From an uncultured delta proteobacterium (lineage in GTDB: Bacteria > Myxococcota_A > Polyangia > Fen-1088): 64,000 nucleotides of DNA. The position numbers and the translations under genes were made by a program. This document shows, piece after piece, positions 1 to 10,059 of this stretch. Under the pieces are notes generated by a model. The model saw nothing but the letters and a program-made list of their open reading frames with translations. It made no database searches and had not been told where the DNA came from. The stretch's first letter is position 1. Every line of letters starts with the position of its first letter. The stretch covers positions 128,001 through 192,000 of the forward strand of contig CAVWIP010000015.1 in the NCBI GenBank assembly GCA_963755125.1, written 5' to 3'.

Positions 1-282
1 TTTGGACCAGAAGACATCGGGATCGATGGGTGAGCCCGGCCACCACAAGCTGATGAAGTCGCCGCGGGTGAGCATCTGACGCGCGACCTCGCCGTAGTGT
101 GTTTCCCAGGGATCCCACAGCCCGTAGGTCCCGGCGAACGGGAGATAGAGCAGCAGCCCGAACAGGATAACCAAGACGATCACCTGTCGTTCGGAAAGGC
201 GATCGAGCATGGCCGACCATCGGGCGCGGGCAGAGTCGGCGCCCGCGGGGGCCGATGGGTTTGTTATCTGTTCGGGTGTCAT
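1..282 (-). CDS. ArnT/PMT-like (GT39/GT83) membrane glycosyltransferase, N-terminal part (runs off window)
   Basis: My translation from ATG 282: ...VIVLVILFGLLLYLPFAGTYGLWDPWETHYGEVARQMLTRGDFISLWWP...VFWSK. The LWDPWE-HY-EVAR-M motif is typical of ArnT-like enzymes. Not in the ORF track. Confidence 0.8.
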   Translation of the reverse strand, partial: MTPEQITNPSAPAGADSARARWSAMLDRLSERQVIVLVILFGLLLYLPFAGTYGLWDPWETHYGEVARQMLTRGDFISLWWPGSPIDPDVFWSK

Positions 283-303
283 GCGAGCGAAGGGAAGCGA
301 AAT

Positions 304-525
304 CTAGTCGCCTCGCGCACGTCTGTGAAGCACGAAGGCGGCCAAGGCGAAGATGAGAGTCGCGGCCAGGCCAGGCAGCCAGATGCGGATAAGATGGGGG
401 AGCCAATATCGCTCGGGCGCGATGCCGGGGCTGTGCCGGCGCAGAAAATCGATCTGCGCTGCCAGATAAGTGCCCGGCAAGCTCAAGGTAGCCATTGCGG
501 CCAGAATTCGAACCCTTCGGCTCAT
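304..525 (-). CDS. small membrane protein, 2 hydrophobic segments
   Basis: 73-aa ORF co-directional with the glycosyltransferase; TATACT lies 9 nt before the ATG. Confidence 0.5.
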   Translation of the reverse strand: MSRRVRILAAMATLSLPGTYLAAQIDFLRRHSPGIAPERYWLPHLIRIWLPGLAATLIFALAAFVLHRRARGD

Positions 526-683
526 GCGCGTCGGAGTATAGCCAGTTCCGCGCTCTTGGCGCTCCTACGCTGACATCCACCGGGGAGTGCGCTAGCGTTG
601 CGCATCGCCCTTTTGCGGGCGAGACGGTCAAACACATCGACTTTCGCGACGCCGACCAGGCTTCGCCAGCAGGGAGAGCAATC

Positions 684-1646
684 ATGGCTGATTCGGAACA
701 CGTCAAGGTCGCCATCGTGGGTGGAGGGCCGGCCGGCTGTACCGCCGCGATCTATGCCGGTCGCGCCAATCTGGCGCCCGTGATGATCGAGGGTGGCGGC
801 CTACTCATCGAGCCCTGCACCATGCCGGGAGGACAGCTCACCATCACCACGGACGTGGAGAACTACCCGGGATTTCCCCGGGGAATCATGGGGCCGAAGC
901 TGATGGAACTCCTGCGCGCCCAGGTCGAGCGCTTCGGCACCAGCATCCGCACCACCGACGTGACCGCGGTGGATCTCGGTGCGCGGCCCTTTCGCATCAC
1001 CGCCGGCGACGACAGCCTGCTGGCCGACACCCTTATCATTGCCACCGGAGCCTCGGCCAAGTGGCTGGGCCTTGCATCGGAAGACAAGTTTCGCAACTAC
1101 GGCGTTTCCGCCTGCGCAACCTGCGACGGGACGTTGTTCAAGGGCCGCGAGGTGCTGGTGGTGGGCGGCGGAGATACGGCGATGGAAGAGGCGAACTACC
1201 TCACCCATCACGCCAGCAAGGTCACCGTCATCCACCGTCGGGATGGATTCCGCGCCTCGCGCATCATGCTCGATCGCGCGCGCAACAACCCCAAGATCCA
1301 GCTTGTCACCAACGCGGTCATCGACGAGATCCTGGGGCAAGTGCCCAAGCCGGGCGTGACCGGCGTGCGCCTGCGCGACACGCGCAGCGGAGCCACGCGC
1401 GAGATTGAGTGCGGCGGCGTGTTCATGGCCATCGGGCATCAGCCGTCAAGCGAACTGTTCAAGGGCAAGCTGGACATGGACGAGGTCGGCTACATTCTGA
1501 CCAAGCCGGGATCGACCGCCACCAGCGTGCCGGGCGTGTTTGCCTGCGGGGACGTGGCCGATCATGTCTACCGGCAGGCGATCACCGCCGCCGGCACCGG
1601 CTGCATGGCCGCCATCGACGCCGAGCGCTTCCTCGCGCATGGGTAG
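684..1646 (+). CDS. trxB: thioredoxin-disulfide reductase
   Basis: [51 protein letters not shown] 684 follows GGGAGAG. Confidence 0.97.
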   Translation: MADSEHVKVAIVGGGPAGCTAAIYAGRANLAPVMIEGGGLLIEPCTMPGGQLTITTDVENYPGFPRGIMGPKLMELLRAQVERFGTSIRTTDVTAVDLGARPFRITAGDDSLLADTLIIATGASAKWLGLASEDKFRNYGVSACATCDGTLFKGREVLVVGGGDTAMEEANYLTHHASKVTVIHRRDGFRASRIMLDRARNNPKIQLVTNAVIDEILGQVPKPGVTGVRLRDTRSGATREIECGGVFMAIGHQPSSELFKGKLDMDEVGYILTKPGSTATSVPGVFACGDVADHVYRQAITAAGTGCMAAIDAERFLAHG

Positions 1647-1709
1647 AGTCTTGCGCTGGCTGAGAGTGGACCAAACGCCCGCAATCCTGAAATAGTAAAG
1701 AGGTACCGC

Positions 1710-2165
1710 ATGATCTTCGATGTCCTCGCCAATGCCGATCGCTACGCTTCGGTCCACCCGTTGTTTGCCGAGTGCTTTGCGTTTCTTAGGAACACCGATC
1801 TGGCGGCGTTGCCCGTGGGTCGCCAGCCGTTGGGGTCGAGCGGCTGCACTGTGATCGTCGGCGCGTCCGCGCCCAAGACCAAGCAGAGCGTGCGTCTGGA
1901 GGGCCACCGTGCCTTCATCGACATCCAGGTCATGGTGGCGGGTGAGGAACTCATCGGCTACGTGCCGCGCGTCCTCTGCACGGAGAAGTCCAACGACCTA
2001 GCCAACGATTTCCAGGAACTGCAGGGAACTCCCGAGTACCTGACCCTGCGCCCGGGGTGCTTCGCCATCTACTTTCCCGAGGACGGCCATCATCCCGGCA
2101 TCGCCACCGGCGCGTACACCGGCCTCATCCGCAAGATCGTAATCAAGGTGCCGGTGGAGCGCTGA
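1710..2165 (+). CDS. YhcH/YjgK/YiaL (DUF386) family protein
   Basis: MIFD start, LEGHRAFIDIQ, FAIYFPEDGHHP, IRKIVIKV. Confidence 0.88.
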   Translation: MIFDVLANADRYASVHPLFAECFAFLRNTDLAALPVGRQPLGSSGCTVIVGASAPKTKQSVRLEGHRAFIDIQVMVAGEELIGYVPRVLCTEKSNDLANDFQELQGTPEYLTLRPGCFAIYFPEDGHHPGIATGAYTGLIRKIVIKVPVER

Positions 2166-2171
2166 GGAAGG

Positions 2172-3839
2172 CTAACCTTCCCCTCGGAAGAACGCGTTTC
2201 GCTCGGGATCGTTGTAGGTCGCGTACTCGATGGGCCAGGGGGTGATCTGGCTCTTGCCGTCTTGGTACGACAGGGTGAGCGCCATGGGCGTGACCTGCCG
2301 GTAGCTCGACCGGGGCGGCAAATCGTGGTTGTCCTTGCCGCCCGCCGAGAACAGCGTGATGAGCAGCAGGTTCTCGTCGTCGTAGCTGCGGCGGAAGCCC
2401 TCGACGATCTTCTCATGCCCGCGCACTAGGGTGTGGCAGCCGATGCGCTGTAGGAAGCGCTGGGCCTGCAGACGCCCGAAGGGGAAGCGCGCGCTCTGCT
2501 CTTGCAGGGCGGCCGGGATCACGTCCACCGAGGACGGATCGCTCCACATCATCTCGAAGCGCAGGTCCGGGTCGTTCAGGCTGCCGAGATCCTGATAGCG
2601 GTTCTTGAAGGTGCGGTCGCGCGGGATGCCGCCGTGGACGAACAGGGTTTGATCGAAGAGAAAAGCGGTCGGCAGGTCCTCGAACAGGTTCATGTAGTCG
2701 CGGAACACGTCCTCCGGGGCCCGGCCTTTCAGCGAATCAAAGGCCTCGGAGGGCTTCACGCCGCCGAATATTTTGCCATCGAATTCGACGAAGTACTCGT
2801 GGTTGCCGCGCAGGACCACCACGTGCTCGGGCGCCGTGCAGAAGAGCAGCAGGGCCGTGCGCAGCACGCCGTTGAGGCTGAAGATGCCACGATCGAGATA
2901 GTCGCCCAGCAGGACCAGCTTGGGCTCGGGGTTGCCGGTCGGGTCTTCGCGGAACAGGCGCACCTTGTCGAAGAAGCGCGACTGCATGATGGCCGCCTTC
3001 AGGCAGCTATAGCAGCCGTGCAGATCCCCGAGCACCGTGATCTCGTAGCGGCGGCCGGGCTTGGGCGGGCAGGCCCAGGTGTGGCCGTCGAGCAAGAGTT
3101 CCTGGCCGGCCAGATCGTCGAGCGTGCGCTTGCCGGTCAGCTTGCCGCGGCCCTTGTCGCGCCACTCCCGCAGGATGTGGCGGGTCCGGTTCATGGCCTG
3201 CCGGTCGGCCTCGATCTGCCTGACCAGCAAGCCCGGATCCCGCGCCCAGTCGTGCTCGAACTGATCGAAGAATGGGTGAACCACGGCGCCCGATTCCTTC
3301 ACCGCCGCCGGCTGGATGGTCGCCGCCGCGGGTCCGCCCTCGTCAATCAACTCGACGTGCAGATCCGCCTCCAGCAATTCGGCCAGCTCGGCGCGGAACT
3401 TGATCTCGGCCGGGTGCGCTTCGCCGTCGGCCATCAGCAGCGCGTCGATGGTGTCGAGCAACTGCTCTTGCCCGGCACGGTCGAACTGCTGGAAGATCTC
3501 GAAACAGCGCAGCTTGAGCCGGCTGTGCACGAACTTGTCGCTGTCCTCGTCGTGCGACACGGCTTCGGTGAACAGATCGGCCACCTGCAGATCGATGGCT
3601 TCGAAGACCTCGTGGAAGTGCGCGGTGTACTTGGCCACCAGCTCGCCCTGTGCAGCCGGGGCCAGAGAAGCCGCACCCTTGCTCACCCGGTTCTCGACCA
3701 GCCGCCGGATGTAGGTGCGGACGAACATCTTCTCCGACAGGTCGAAGTCGCCATCGATATGGCCGAAGGTCGTCAGGTAGAAAATGACCGCCTGCATCTG
3801 CCTGTCTGCGACGGTGGGATCAGCATCCAGTTCCAGCAT
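2172..3839 (-). CDS. TerB-like N-terminal domain fused to PPP-family Ser/Thr phosphatase
   Basis: N-terminal IDGDFDLSEK and ADGEAHPAE (TerB-like pair); C-terminal GDLHG, GDYLDRG, RGNHE, HGG, WSDP, RGHE, TLFSA. Confidence 0.85.
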   Translation of the reverse strand: MLELDADPTVADRQMQAVIFYLTTFGHIDGDFDLSEKMFVRTYIRRLVENRVSKGAASLAPAAQGELVAKYTAHFHEVFEAIDLQVADLFTEAVSHDEDSDKFVHSRLKLRCFEIFQQFDRAGQEQLLDTIDALLMADGEAHPAEIKFRAELAELLEADLHVELIDEGGPAAATIQPAAVKESGAVVHPFFDQFEHDWARDPGLLVRQIEADRQAMNRTRHILREWRDKGRGKLTGKRTLDDLAGQELLLDGHTWACPPKPGRRYEITVLGDLHGCYSCLKAAIMQSRFFDKVRLFREDPTGNPEPKLVLLGDYLDRGIFSLNGVLRTALLLFCTAPEHVVVLRGNHEYFVEFDGKIFGGVKPSEAFDSLKGRAPEDVFRDYMNLFEDLPTAFLFDQTLFVHGGIPRDRTFKNRYQDLGSLNDPDLRFEMMWSDPSSVDVIPAALQEQSARFPFGRLQAQRFLQRIGCHTLVRGHEKIVEGFRRSYDDENLLLITLFSAGGKDNHDLPPRSSYRQVTPMALTLSYQDGKSQITPWPIEYATYNDPERNAFFRGEG

Positions 3840-3919
3840 GGCGGCGTCATTGTAGCGTGGGTTGCATCGCGACGCAGTGATTGTGAACGCCGGCAGGCGT
3901 CTGTGGCATAATCGTCTCG

Positions 3920-4483
3920 ATGAGTGACACGCCTGGGATCGGGCCGGCCGGCGAGCCGGTGAACATGGACGACGTGGCCGCGGCCACGCCGGCGCCGGTA
4001 GGACTGTCGGTGGTCGAGCAGGACCAGATGGCGGCCTTTCTGGCGCGGGTGGCGCTGTTCACCGACCTGCCCCTCATGTACCTGCGCCGCATCGCCGCGC
4101 TCGGCTCGGAGGAGACTTATTCCCGCGGCAGCCTGATCTTCAAGGAGGGCTCGGCGGGCGACAAGCTGTACCTCATCCTGTCGGGCTCGGTGCGCATCAG
4201 CCGTCAGGTGCCGGGCATGGGGGAAGAGGCGCTGGCCATTCTCAAGACCGGCGACTACTTCGGCGAGATGGCGCTCATCGATGATTTTCCGCGCAGCGCG
4301 GACGCCCTGGCCCACGAGGCCTGCCGCCTGTTCGTGCTCAGCAAGGATCGCGTGGCGGACCTGCTGTTCGTCGATCGGGATCTGGCCTACGACCTTTTGT
4401 GGACCTTCGTGCGAACCCTGTCGGCGCGCCTGCGCGAGACCAACGACAAGATGACCTTCCTGGCGGTCAGCAGCCGGTTCTGA
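3920..4483 (+). CDS. stand-alone cyclic nucleotide-binding domain protein
   Basis: IFKEGSAGDKLYLILSGSVRI, GDYFGEMALIDDFPRSADA; no HTH follows. Confidence 0.9.
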   Translation: MSDTPGIGPAGEPVNMDDVAAATPAPVGLSVVEQDQMAAFLARVALFTDLPLMYLRRIAALGSEETYSRGSLIFKEGSAGDKLYLILSGSVRISRQVPGMGEEALAILKTGDYFGEMALIDDFPRSADALAHEACRLFVLSKDRVADLLFVDRDLAYDLLWTFVRTLSARLRETNDKMTFLAVSSRF

Positions 4484-4494
4484 ATTCCAACCGG

Positions 4495-4743
4495 ATGGAT
4501 CCAGACGCCAAGAAGATGTGGGCCATTGCCGGCAGCACGGGCGCGGTCGGCCTTGAAATCTCCCTGGCTATCGGCATAGGGTACTTCGGGGGACGGTACC
4601 TGGACGGAAGACTCGGGTCGGCGCCCTGGCTGGCATGGATCGGTTTCGCGGCGGGTGTGGGGGCTGGCATCAAGGCGCTGGTTCGCGTGACCCGCGAATA
4701 CAAGAAGTCCCTGGACAACGACAACGAACCCAAGCAACCATGA
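4495..4743 (+). CDS. AtpZ/AtpI family protein
   Basis: GLEISLAIGIGYFGGRYLDGRLGSAPW...G..AG; upstream of atpB. Confidence 0.85.
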   Translation: MDPDAKKMWAIAGSTGAVGLEISLAIGIGYFGGRYLDGRLGSAPWLAWIGFAAGVGAGIKALVRVTREYKKSLDNDNEPKQP

Positions 4744-5129
4744 CCACGAAGCCTCTTGCAGCCATCGAAAAGACCAATCTGGTTCTGGCCGTGGCCGTGA
4801 CCGCGCTGGGCGGGCTGGTCTGGGGCAAGCCGGGCCTTCTGGCCGCCGGCGTGGGCGCGGCCCTGGCGTGCCTGAACCTGTGGGCCATTCACCGGCTGGC
4901 AGCGCGGGCCATGGCACGGGCCGCGGCCGGGGCCAACGCCCAGGCGGCCGGGCTGATGGCCGCCCTGGGCGGGAAGATGCTGATTCTCTTCGCGCTGGTG
5001 TGGGTCGCCATCCGCGTGTACCATCTCGCGCTCGTGCCGTTCGCCATCGGGATCTCGGTTCTTCCCGTCTCGCTCGTCATGGCGGGTCTGTGGATCGGCT
5101 CGACGGCAGGTGAACAAGGCAAGGCCTAG
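4740..5129 (+). CDS. atpI: ATP synthase subunit I
   Basis: Four hydrophobic segments, ATGA overlap with the previous gene, directly before atpB. Confidence 0.75.
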   Translation: MTTKPLAAIEKTNLVLAVAVTALGGLVWGKPGLLAAGVGAALACLNLWAIHRLAARAMARAAAGANAQAAGLMAALGGKMLILFALVWVAIRVYHLALVPFAIGISVLPVSLVMAGLWIGSTAGEQGKA

Positions 5130-5131
5130 CC

Positions 5132-5902
5132 ATGGGTCCGCACTCAACTTGGTTTGCGCTGTTCCCGGGCTACCAGGCCCTGAAAGACAACCTGCAGATC
5201 TATCTCGGCCGTCGCTGGACCTGGCAGGTGTTTACCGCCACCCACTTCGAGATCGACCACATTCTCGGCGGGCTGCTGGTGTTTTTTGTGCTGGCTCTCT
5301 TCGCGGTTCGCTACGCGGTCGGCGTGCGCAAGTCGTCCGACGGCGGGGCGGTGCCGCCGCCTCATTTCTGTCTGCGCAATTTTCTCGAGCTTCTGGGCGA
5401 CATGATCTACGGCCTGATGGAAGGTCCCATGGGGGCCAAGAATGCGCGTCGCTATCTGCCAATCATCGGCTCGCTGTTTCTCTTCATCCTGTTCTGCAAT
5501 TTGCTGTCGCTGATTCCCGGCTTCCTGCCACCGACTGCCACGCTGAAGACCAACGTGGGCCTGGCACTGCTGGTCTTCTTCCTGACCCACGTCTTCGGCT
5601 TGCGTGAGCATGGCGTGAAGTACCTCAAGCACTTCATGGGGCCACTGTGGTGGTTGGCGCCGCTGATGCTGCCCATCGAGCTGGTCAGCCACATCGCCAG
5701 GCCGGTTTCTTTGTCCATGCGTCTTCTGGGGAACATTACGGCCGACCACAAGGTTGCTGCGGTGTTTTTTGCCCTGCTTCCGCTGCTGGTTCCCGTCCCG
5801 TTCCTCGTGATGGGCGTGTTCGTGTCCGTGGTGCAGGCCGTGGTCTTCTCTCTGCTGTCCACGATTTACATCTCGACCGCTATTGCCCACGAGGAGCACT
5901 GA
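5132..5902 (+). CDS. atpB: F0F1 ATP synthase subunit a
   Basis: FILFCNLLSLIPGF, PIELVSHIARPVSLSMRLLGNI, QAVVFSLLSTIYI. Confidence 0.97.
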   Translation: MGPHSTWFALFPGYQALKDNLQIYLGRRWTWQVFTATHFEIDHILGGLLVFFVLALFAVRYAVGVRKSSDGGAVPPPHFCLRNFLELLGDMIYGLMEGPMGAKNARRYLPIIGSLFLFILFCNLLSLIPGFLPPTATLKTNVGLALLVFFLTHVFGLREHGVKYLKHFMGPLWWLAPLMLPIELVSHIARPVSLSMRLLGNITADHKVAAVFFALLPLLVPVPFLVMGVFVSVVQAVVFSLLSTIYISTAIAHEEH

Positions 5903-5941
5903 CCGTATTGTCCTAGCCCAGTTCGCAAGGAGGATCCCCAG

Positions 5942-6265
5942 ATGCGCCGATTCACCAAGATTCTCGCCCCGCTCGCCACCTTCGCCGTCGCGCTGCTGTC
6001 CGGTGCCGCGGCTTTCGCCAGTGATGCCGCGCCCGATATCACCAAGGGTTACCTTGGAATCGGCGCGGCCCTGGCCATCGGCCTGGCGGCCTTGGGCGGC
6101 GGCCTGGGCCAGGGCCGTGCCGCTGCCTCGGCGCTCGATGGCATTGCACGCAACCCGCAGGCCTCGGGCAAGATCTTTGTCCCGATGATCGTCGCGCTCG
6201 CGCTCATCGAGTCGCTGGTCATCTACGGTCTGCTCATCGCCTTCAACCTGGCCGGCAAGATCTAG
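5942..6265 (+). CDS. atpE: F0F1 ATP synthase subunit c with N-terminal extension
   Basis: [32 protein letters not shown]. Confidence 0.97.
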   Translation: MRRFTKILAPLATFAVALLSGAAAFASDAAPDITKGYLGIGAALAIGLAALGGGLGQGRAAASALDGIARNPQASGKIFVPMIVALALIESLVIYGLLIAFNLAGKI

Positions 6266-6295
6266 CGATCCGCTCCGCGCGGGCAGGGGTGTGGA

Positions 6296-7399
6296 ATGGG
6301 CATTTCCTGCGGAATCGTCGGTTTGCCCAACGTGGGCAAGTCGACTCTTTTCAATGCGCTGTCGGCTGCCGGCGCCGAGGTGGCCAACTACCCTTTCTGT
6401 ACGGTGCAGCCCAACCTGGGCGTGGCGCAGGTGCCTGACCCGCGGCTGGATGCCGTGGTGGCGCTTTTCGTCGGCAAGCCTGCTGTGCATGCCACGGTCA
6501 ATTTCGTGGACATCGCCGGCCTGGTGCGCGGCGCTTCAAAGGGCGAGGGCCTGGGCAACCAGTTTCTCGCCAATATCCGTGAGACCGACGCCATCGCGCA
6601 TGTGGTGCGCTGTTTCGAGGATCCCAATGTCGTGCACGTGGAGGGGCGCATCGACCCTGTGTCCGACGTGCTGACCGTGGACACCGAGTTGTGCCTCAAG
6701 GACGTGGAGAGTGTGGGCAAGCGCATCGACAAGGCCCGCACTGCCCTCAAGGGCCCGGCGCCCAAGGAAGAGAAGGCCACCATGGCTCTGTGCGAGCGCG
6801 TGCTGGCCGGGTTGGACGCGGGCGTGCCCGTGCGTGCGCAGGGACTGTCACCCGAGGATCTGGCGCTCATTCGCGATCTCTTCTTGCTCACTCAGAAGCG
6901 GGTCTTCTACGTAGCCAACGTGGCAGAGAAGCAACTCGCGACCTTGGAAAGCGACGCGCATGTGTCTGCTTTGCGCGCTCATGCCGCCAAGGAAGGCGCG
7001 CCGGTGGTGCCCATCTGTGCCGGGGCCGAGGCCGAGATCGCTGCGCTGGATGCCGCGGACCGGCCGGCGTTCCTGGAAACCCTGGGACTCAAAGAACCGG
7101 GGCTTTCGGCGGTGGCGCGGACCGCCTATCAGATCCTGGACCTCATCACCTTCTTCACCGTGGGCGAGCACGAGTGTCGCGCCTGGACCGTGAAGCGCGG
7201 AACCCACGCGCCGCAAGCCGCGGGCGTGATCCACACCGACTTCGAGCGCGGCTTCATCAAGGCCGAAGTGGTGTGGTGGGAAGATCTGGTCAAGCTCGGC
7301 TCAGAAGCCGCCTGCCGCCAGCACGCCAAGCTGGCCATGGAAGGCAAGGACTACGTCGTGCGCGACGGCGACGTGATCCATTTCAAGTTCAACGTGTGA
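6296..7399 (+). CDS. ychF: redox-regulated ATPase YchF
   Basis: GIVGLPNVGKSTLFNAL, ANYPFCT, DIAGLVRGASKGEGLGNQFL, IHTDFERGFI. Confidence 0.98.
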   Translation: MGISCGIVGLPNVGKSTLFNALSAAGAEVANYPFCTVQPNLGVAQVPDPRLDAVVALFVGKPAVHATVNFVDIAGLVRGASKGEGLGNQFLANIRETDAIAHVVRCFEDPNVVHVEGRIDPVSDVLTVDTELCLKDVESVGKRIDKARTALKGPAPKEEKATMALCERVLAGLDAGVPVRAQGLSPEDLALIRDLFLLTQKRVFYVANVAEKQLATLESDAHVSALRAHAAKEGAPVVPICAGAEAEIAALDAADRPAFLETLGLKEPGLSAVARTAYQILDLITFFTVGEHECRAWTVKRGTHAPQAAGVIHTDFERGFIKAEVVWWEDLVKLGSEAACRQHAKLAMEGKDYVVRDGDVIHFKFNV

Positions 7400-7402
7400 A
7401 CG

Positions 7403-8473
7403 CTATCGGTACAGCTCCGCGCTGGCCAGGGAAAACCCGTCGCTGCCACCGTATCCGCCGGCAATCAGAACAGTCCCGTCGGCCAACAGCGTGGCTGTGT
7501 GGTGATGCCTGCCGACTGACATGCTGTCGCTGGCGGCGAATGTCGCTGCTGCTGGGTCGTATAGCTCCGTGCTCGAAAGAGCGATGTTGCCGTCCCCTCC
7601 GCCAGCGATGAGGACGGTTCCGTCGGGCAACAGCGTCGCGGTGTGGCCGTCTCTTGCCACGGTCATGCTGCCCGTTGCCGTGAATGTCTCGGCCGCCGGG
7701 GCGTATTGGTCCGCGCTCGCGAGACCGTGGCTGCCGTCGTATCCGCCAGCGATGAGGACTGTCGCGTCAGACAACAGCGTCGCCGTGTGATCCACCCTGG
7801 CTGCGGACATGCTGCCGGTCGCGATGAATGTTCCGGACGCGGGATCGTATAGCTCGGCGCTGGCCAGGGGTACGCCGTTGCCACCGACAAATCCGCCGGC
7901 CACGAGCACCGTCCCGTTGCCCAAAAGAGTCGCCGTATGTTGCTCCCCTCCCACTGACATGCTGGCGGCACCGGTGAATGTCCCGGTCGCTGGGTCATAC
8001 ACCTCGGTGCTGGTGAGAGCGGCGGTGTGGTTTCCCCCGCCGGCGATGAAGACTGTCCCGTCGGGCAGCAGCGTCGCGGTGTGATCGTCTCTTGCCACGG
8101 TCATGCTGCCCGTCGCTGTGAATGTCCCGGCGCTTGAGTCGAATAGCTCCGCGCTGGCGAGAACCTGTTCGGATCCGCCGCTGACGTAGTCGCCGCCGGC
8201 GATGAGCACCGTGCCGTTGGGTAGCAACGTCGCCGTGTGCCACATCCTCACCACGGACATGCTGCCGGTGGCGCTGAATGAACCGGTCGCTGGATCGTAT
8301 AGTTCCGCGCTTGCGAGCGCCGCGCCGGAATTGGCTCCGCCAGCGATGAGGACGGTTCCGTCGGGCAACAGCGTCGCGGTATGGCCGTCTCTCGCCACGG
8401 TCATGCTGCCCGTCGGCGCGAAACGCGTAGCACTTCCGCCGCATCCGGCTGCGGCAGCGAGGACGACGAACAT
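7403..8473 (-). CDS. kelch-repeat beta-propeller lipoprotein
   Basis: About 7 repeats of GSM.VAR..HTATLLPDGTVLIAGG...LASAELYDP; lipobox-like AAAGC; start could be further upstream. Confidence 0.88.
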   Translation of the reverse strand: MFVVLAAAAGCGGSATRFAPTGSMTVARDGHTATLLPDGTVLIAGGANSGAALASAELYDPATGSFSATGSMSVVRMWHTATLLPNGTVLIAGGDYVSGGSEQVLASAELFDSSAGTFTATGSMTVARDDHTATLLPDGTVFIAGGGNHTAALTSTEVYDPATGTFTGAASMSVGGEQHTATLLGNGTVLVAGGFVGGNGVPLASAELYDPASGTFIATGSMSAARVDHTATLLSDATVLIAGGYDGSHGLASADQYAPAAETFTATGSMTVARDGHTATLLPDGTVLIAGGGDGNIALSSTELYDPAAATFAASDSMSVGRHHHTATLLADGTVLIAGGYGGSDGFSLASAELYR

Positions 8474-8692
8474 GGGTAGTACCTCCAGCCTCGCGAGAAT
8501 ACGACAGACGCGGTTCGAGACCGAATCTCGACCCGCAGGTGGCGTGCGAGCCATGGGCGCTTCCTCGACCACGGAGGGCAGTCTACCTGGAAACAGCCGT
8601 CGCAAGAACGTGGCTCGCGGACCACCCGGTCCGGTCGCGACCCCAACCCGGAACTGTTTGCGACGAAGCCCAAGTTAAGCCACCATGGCCAA

Positions 8693-9922
8693 ATGGTAGC
8701 AAAGCTGAGCATCGCACTTTCGAGCCTTTCCTTCGCCCTGCTTGGCGGTTGCAGTAGCGGGAGTCAGGCCGCCAAGTGCATTCCCGGCGTCAGCGTTGGG
8801 TGTTTTGCAGCGACGGGCAGCATGACCTTGGCAAGGTTCCAGCCCAGTGCGACGCTGTTGCCCGACGGGACAGTGCTCATCGCCGGCGGACTCGACAAGA
8901 GCTACGCTTCCATTGGAAACGTGGATCTCTACGACCCGAACGTCGGGACCTTCACGCCCACCGGCAGCATGACCGCGGCGAGGGTTGGTCACTCGGCGAC
9001 ACTGTTGCCCGATGGGACGGTGCTCATCGCCGGCGGATTCGACACCAGTGAAGACTCGCTCGCGAGCGCAGAGCTGTACGCCCCGGTGGCGGGGACATTC
9101 ACGGCGACCGGTAGCCTGAACGTGGCAAGGGCCGGTCACACGGCGACTCTGTTGCAGAACGGGCTGGTGCTCATCGCCGGCGGACTCGACAGTAGCCATG
9201 GGTCAATCGCGAGCGCGGAGCTATACGACCCAGTGGCGGGTACGTTCACGGCCACTGGAAAGATGAGCGTGGCCAGAACTGGCCATACGGCGACCCTGTT
9301 GCAGGGCGGGCTGGTGCTCATCGCTGGCGGACTCGGCAATGTCAGTGCGGAGCTGTACGATCCGGCGGCGGGGACGTTCACCGCCACCGGCGAGACGAGG
9401 GTGGCCAGAACTGGCCACACGGCGGCCTTGTTGTCGAGCGGCCTGGTGCTCTTGGTCGGTGGATTCGGTGGCGGCGAGGTCTCCAGCGCAGTCGATGATG
9501 GTGGGGCGGCCGACGCCGGCGAAGTCGATGGCAGCGTGGCCGGCAACGAGACCGATGGCGCGGCTCCCGCTGTCGGCGGACTGGGTGGCAGCGTGGTGGC
9601 GCTCGCCAGCGCTGAGCTGTATGACCCGAGCATCGGGACATTCGCACCCACGGGCAGCATGAGCGTGGCGAGGGCGGAGCACACGGCGACTTCGCTGTCG
9701 AGCGGCAGTGTGCTGGTCGCCGGCGGACTCGAAGGTGGCGACATATCTATCGGCAGCGCGGAACTTTACGACCCAGCGGCCGGGGCATTCACCACAACCA
9801 GCAACATGACCGCGCGGCGGAATGGGCACACGGCGAGCCTGTTGGGCAATGGGACGGTGCTGATTGCCGGCGGACGGATCGACGGCACCAAGGATCTCGC
9901 GAGCGCGGAACTGTACCAATAG
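8693..9922 (+). CDS. kelch-repeat beta-propeller lipoprotein
   Basis: Signal peptide with LLGGC; about 7 kelch repeats with an acidic Gly-rich insertion. Confidence 0.9.
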   Translation: MVAKLSIALSSLSFALLGGCSSGSQAAKCIPGVSVGCFAATGSMTLARFQPSATLLPDGTVLIAGGLDKSYASIGNVDLYDPNVGTFTPTGSMTAARVGHSATLLPDGTVLIAGGFDTSEDSLASAELYAPVAGTFTATGSLNVARAGHTATLLQNGLVLIAGGLDSSHGSIASAELYDPVAGTFTATGKMSVARTGHTATLLQGGLVLIAGGLGNVSAELYDPAAGTFTATGETRVARTGHTAALLSSGLVLLVGGFGGGEVSSAVDDGGAADAGEVDGSVAGNETDGAAPAVGGLGGSVVALASAELYDPSIGTFAPTGSMSVARAEHTATSLSSGSVLVAGGLEGGDISIGSAELYDPAAGAFTTTSNMTARRNGHTASLLGNGTVLIAGGRIDGTKDLASAELYQ

Positions 9923-10059
9923 GGTGATAGCGTACCTGTCTTGAGCCTTGGTCTTTCGTCGGCCGTCAGTCCGGATCTCGCCACGACGAAGGCGGAGGCT
10001 GCGGTGAAATTCGATACCCGCTTGAGGTCAGGCCAGCTTTCGGGTGTAATCGTCCGCCG

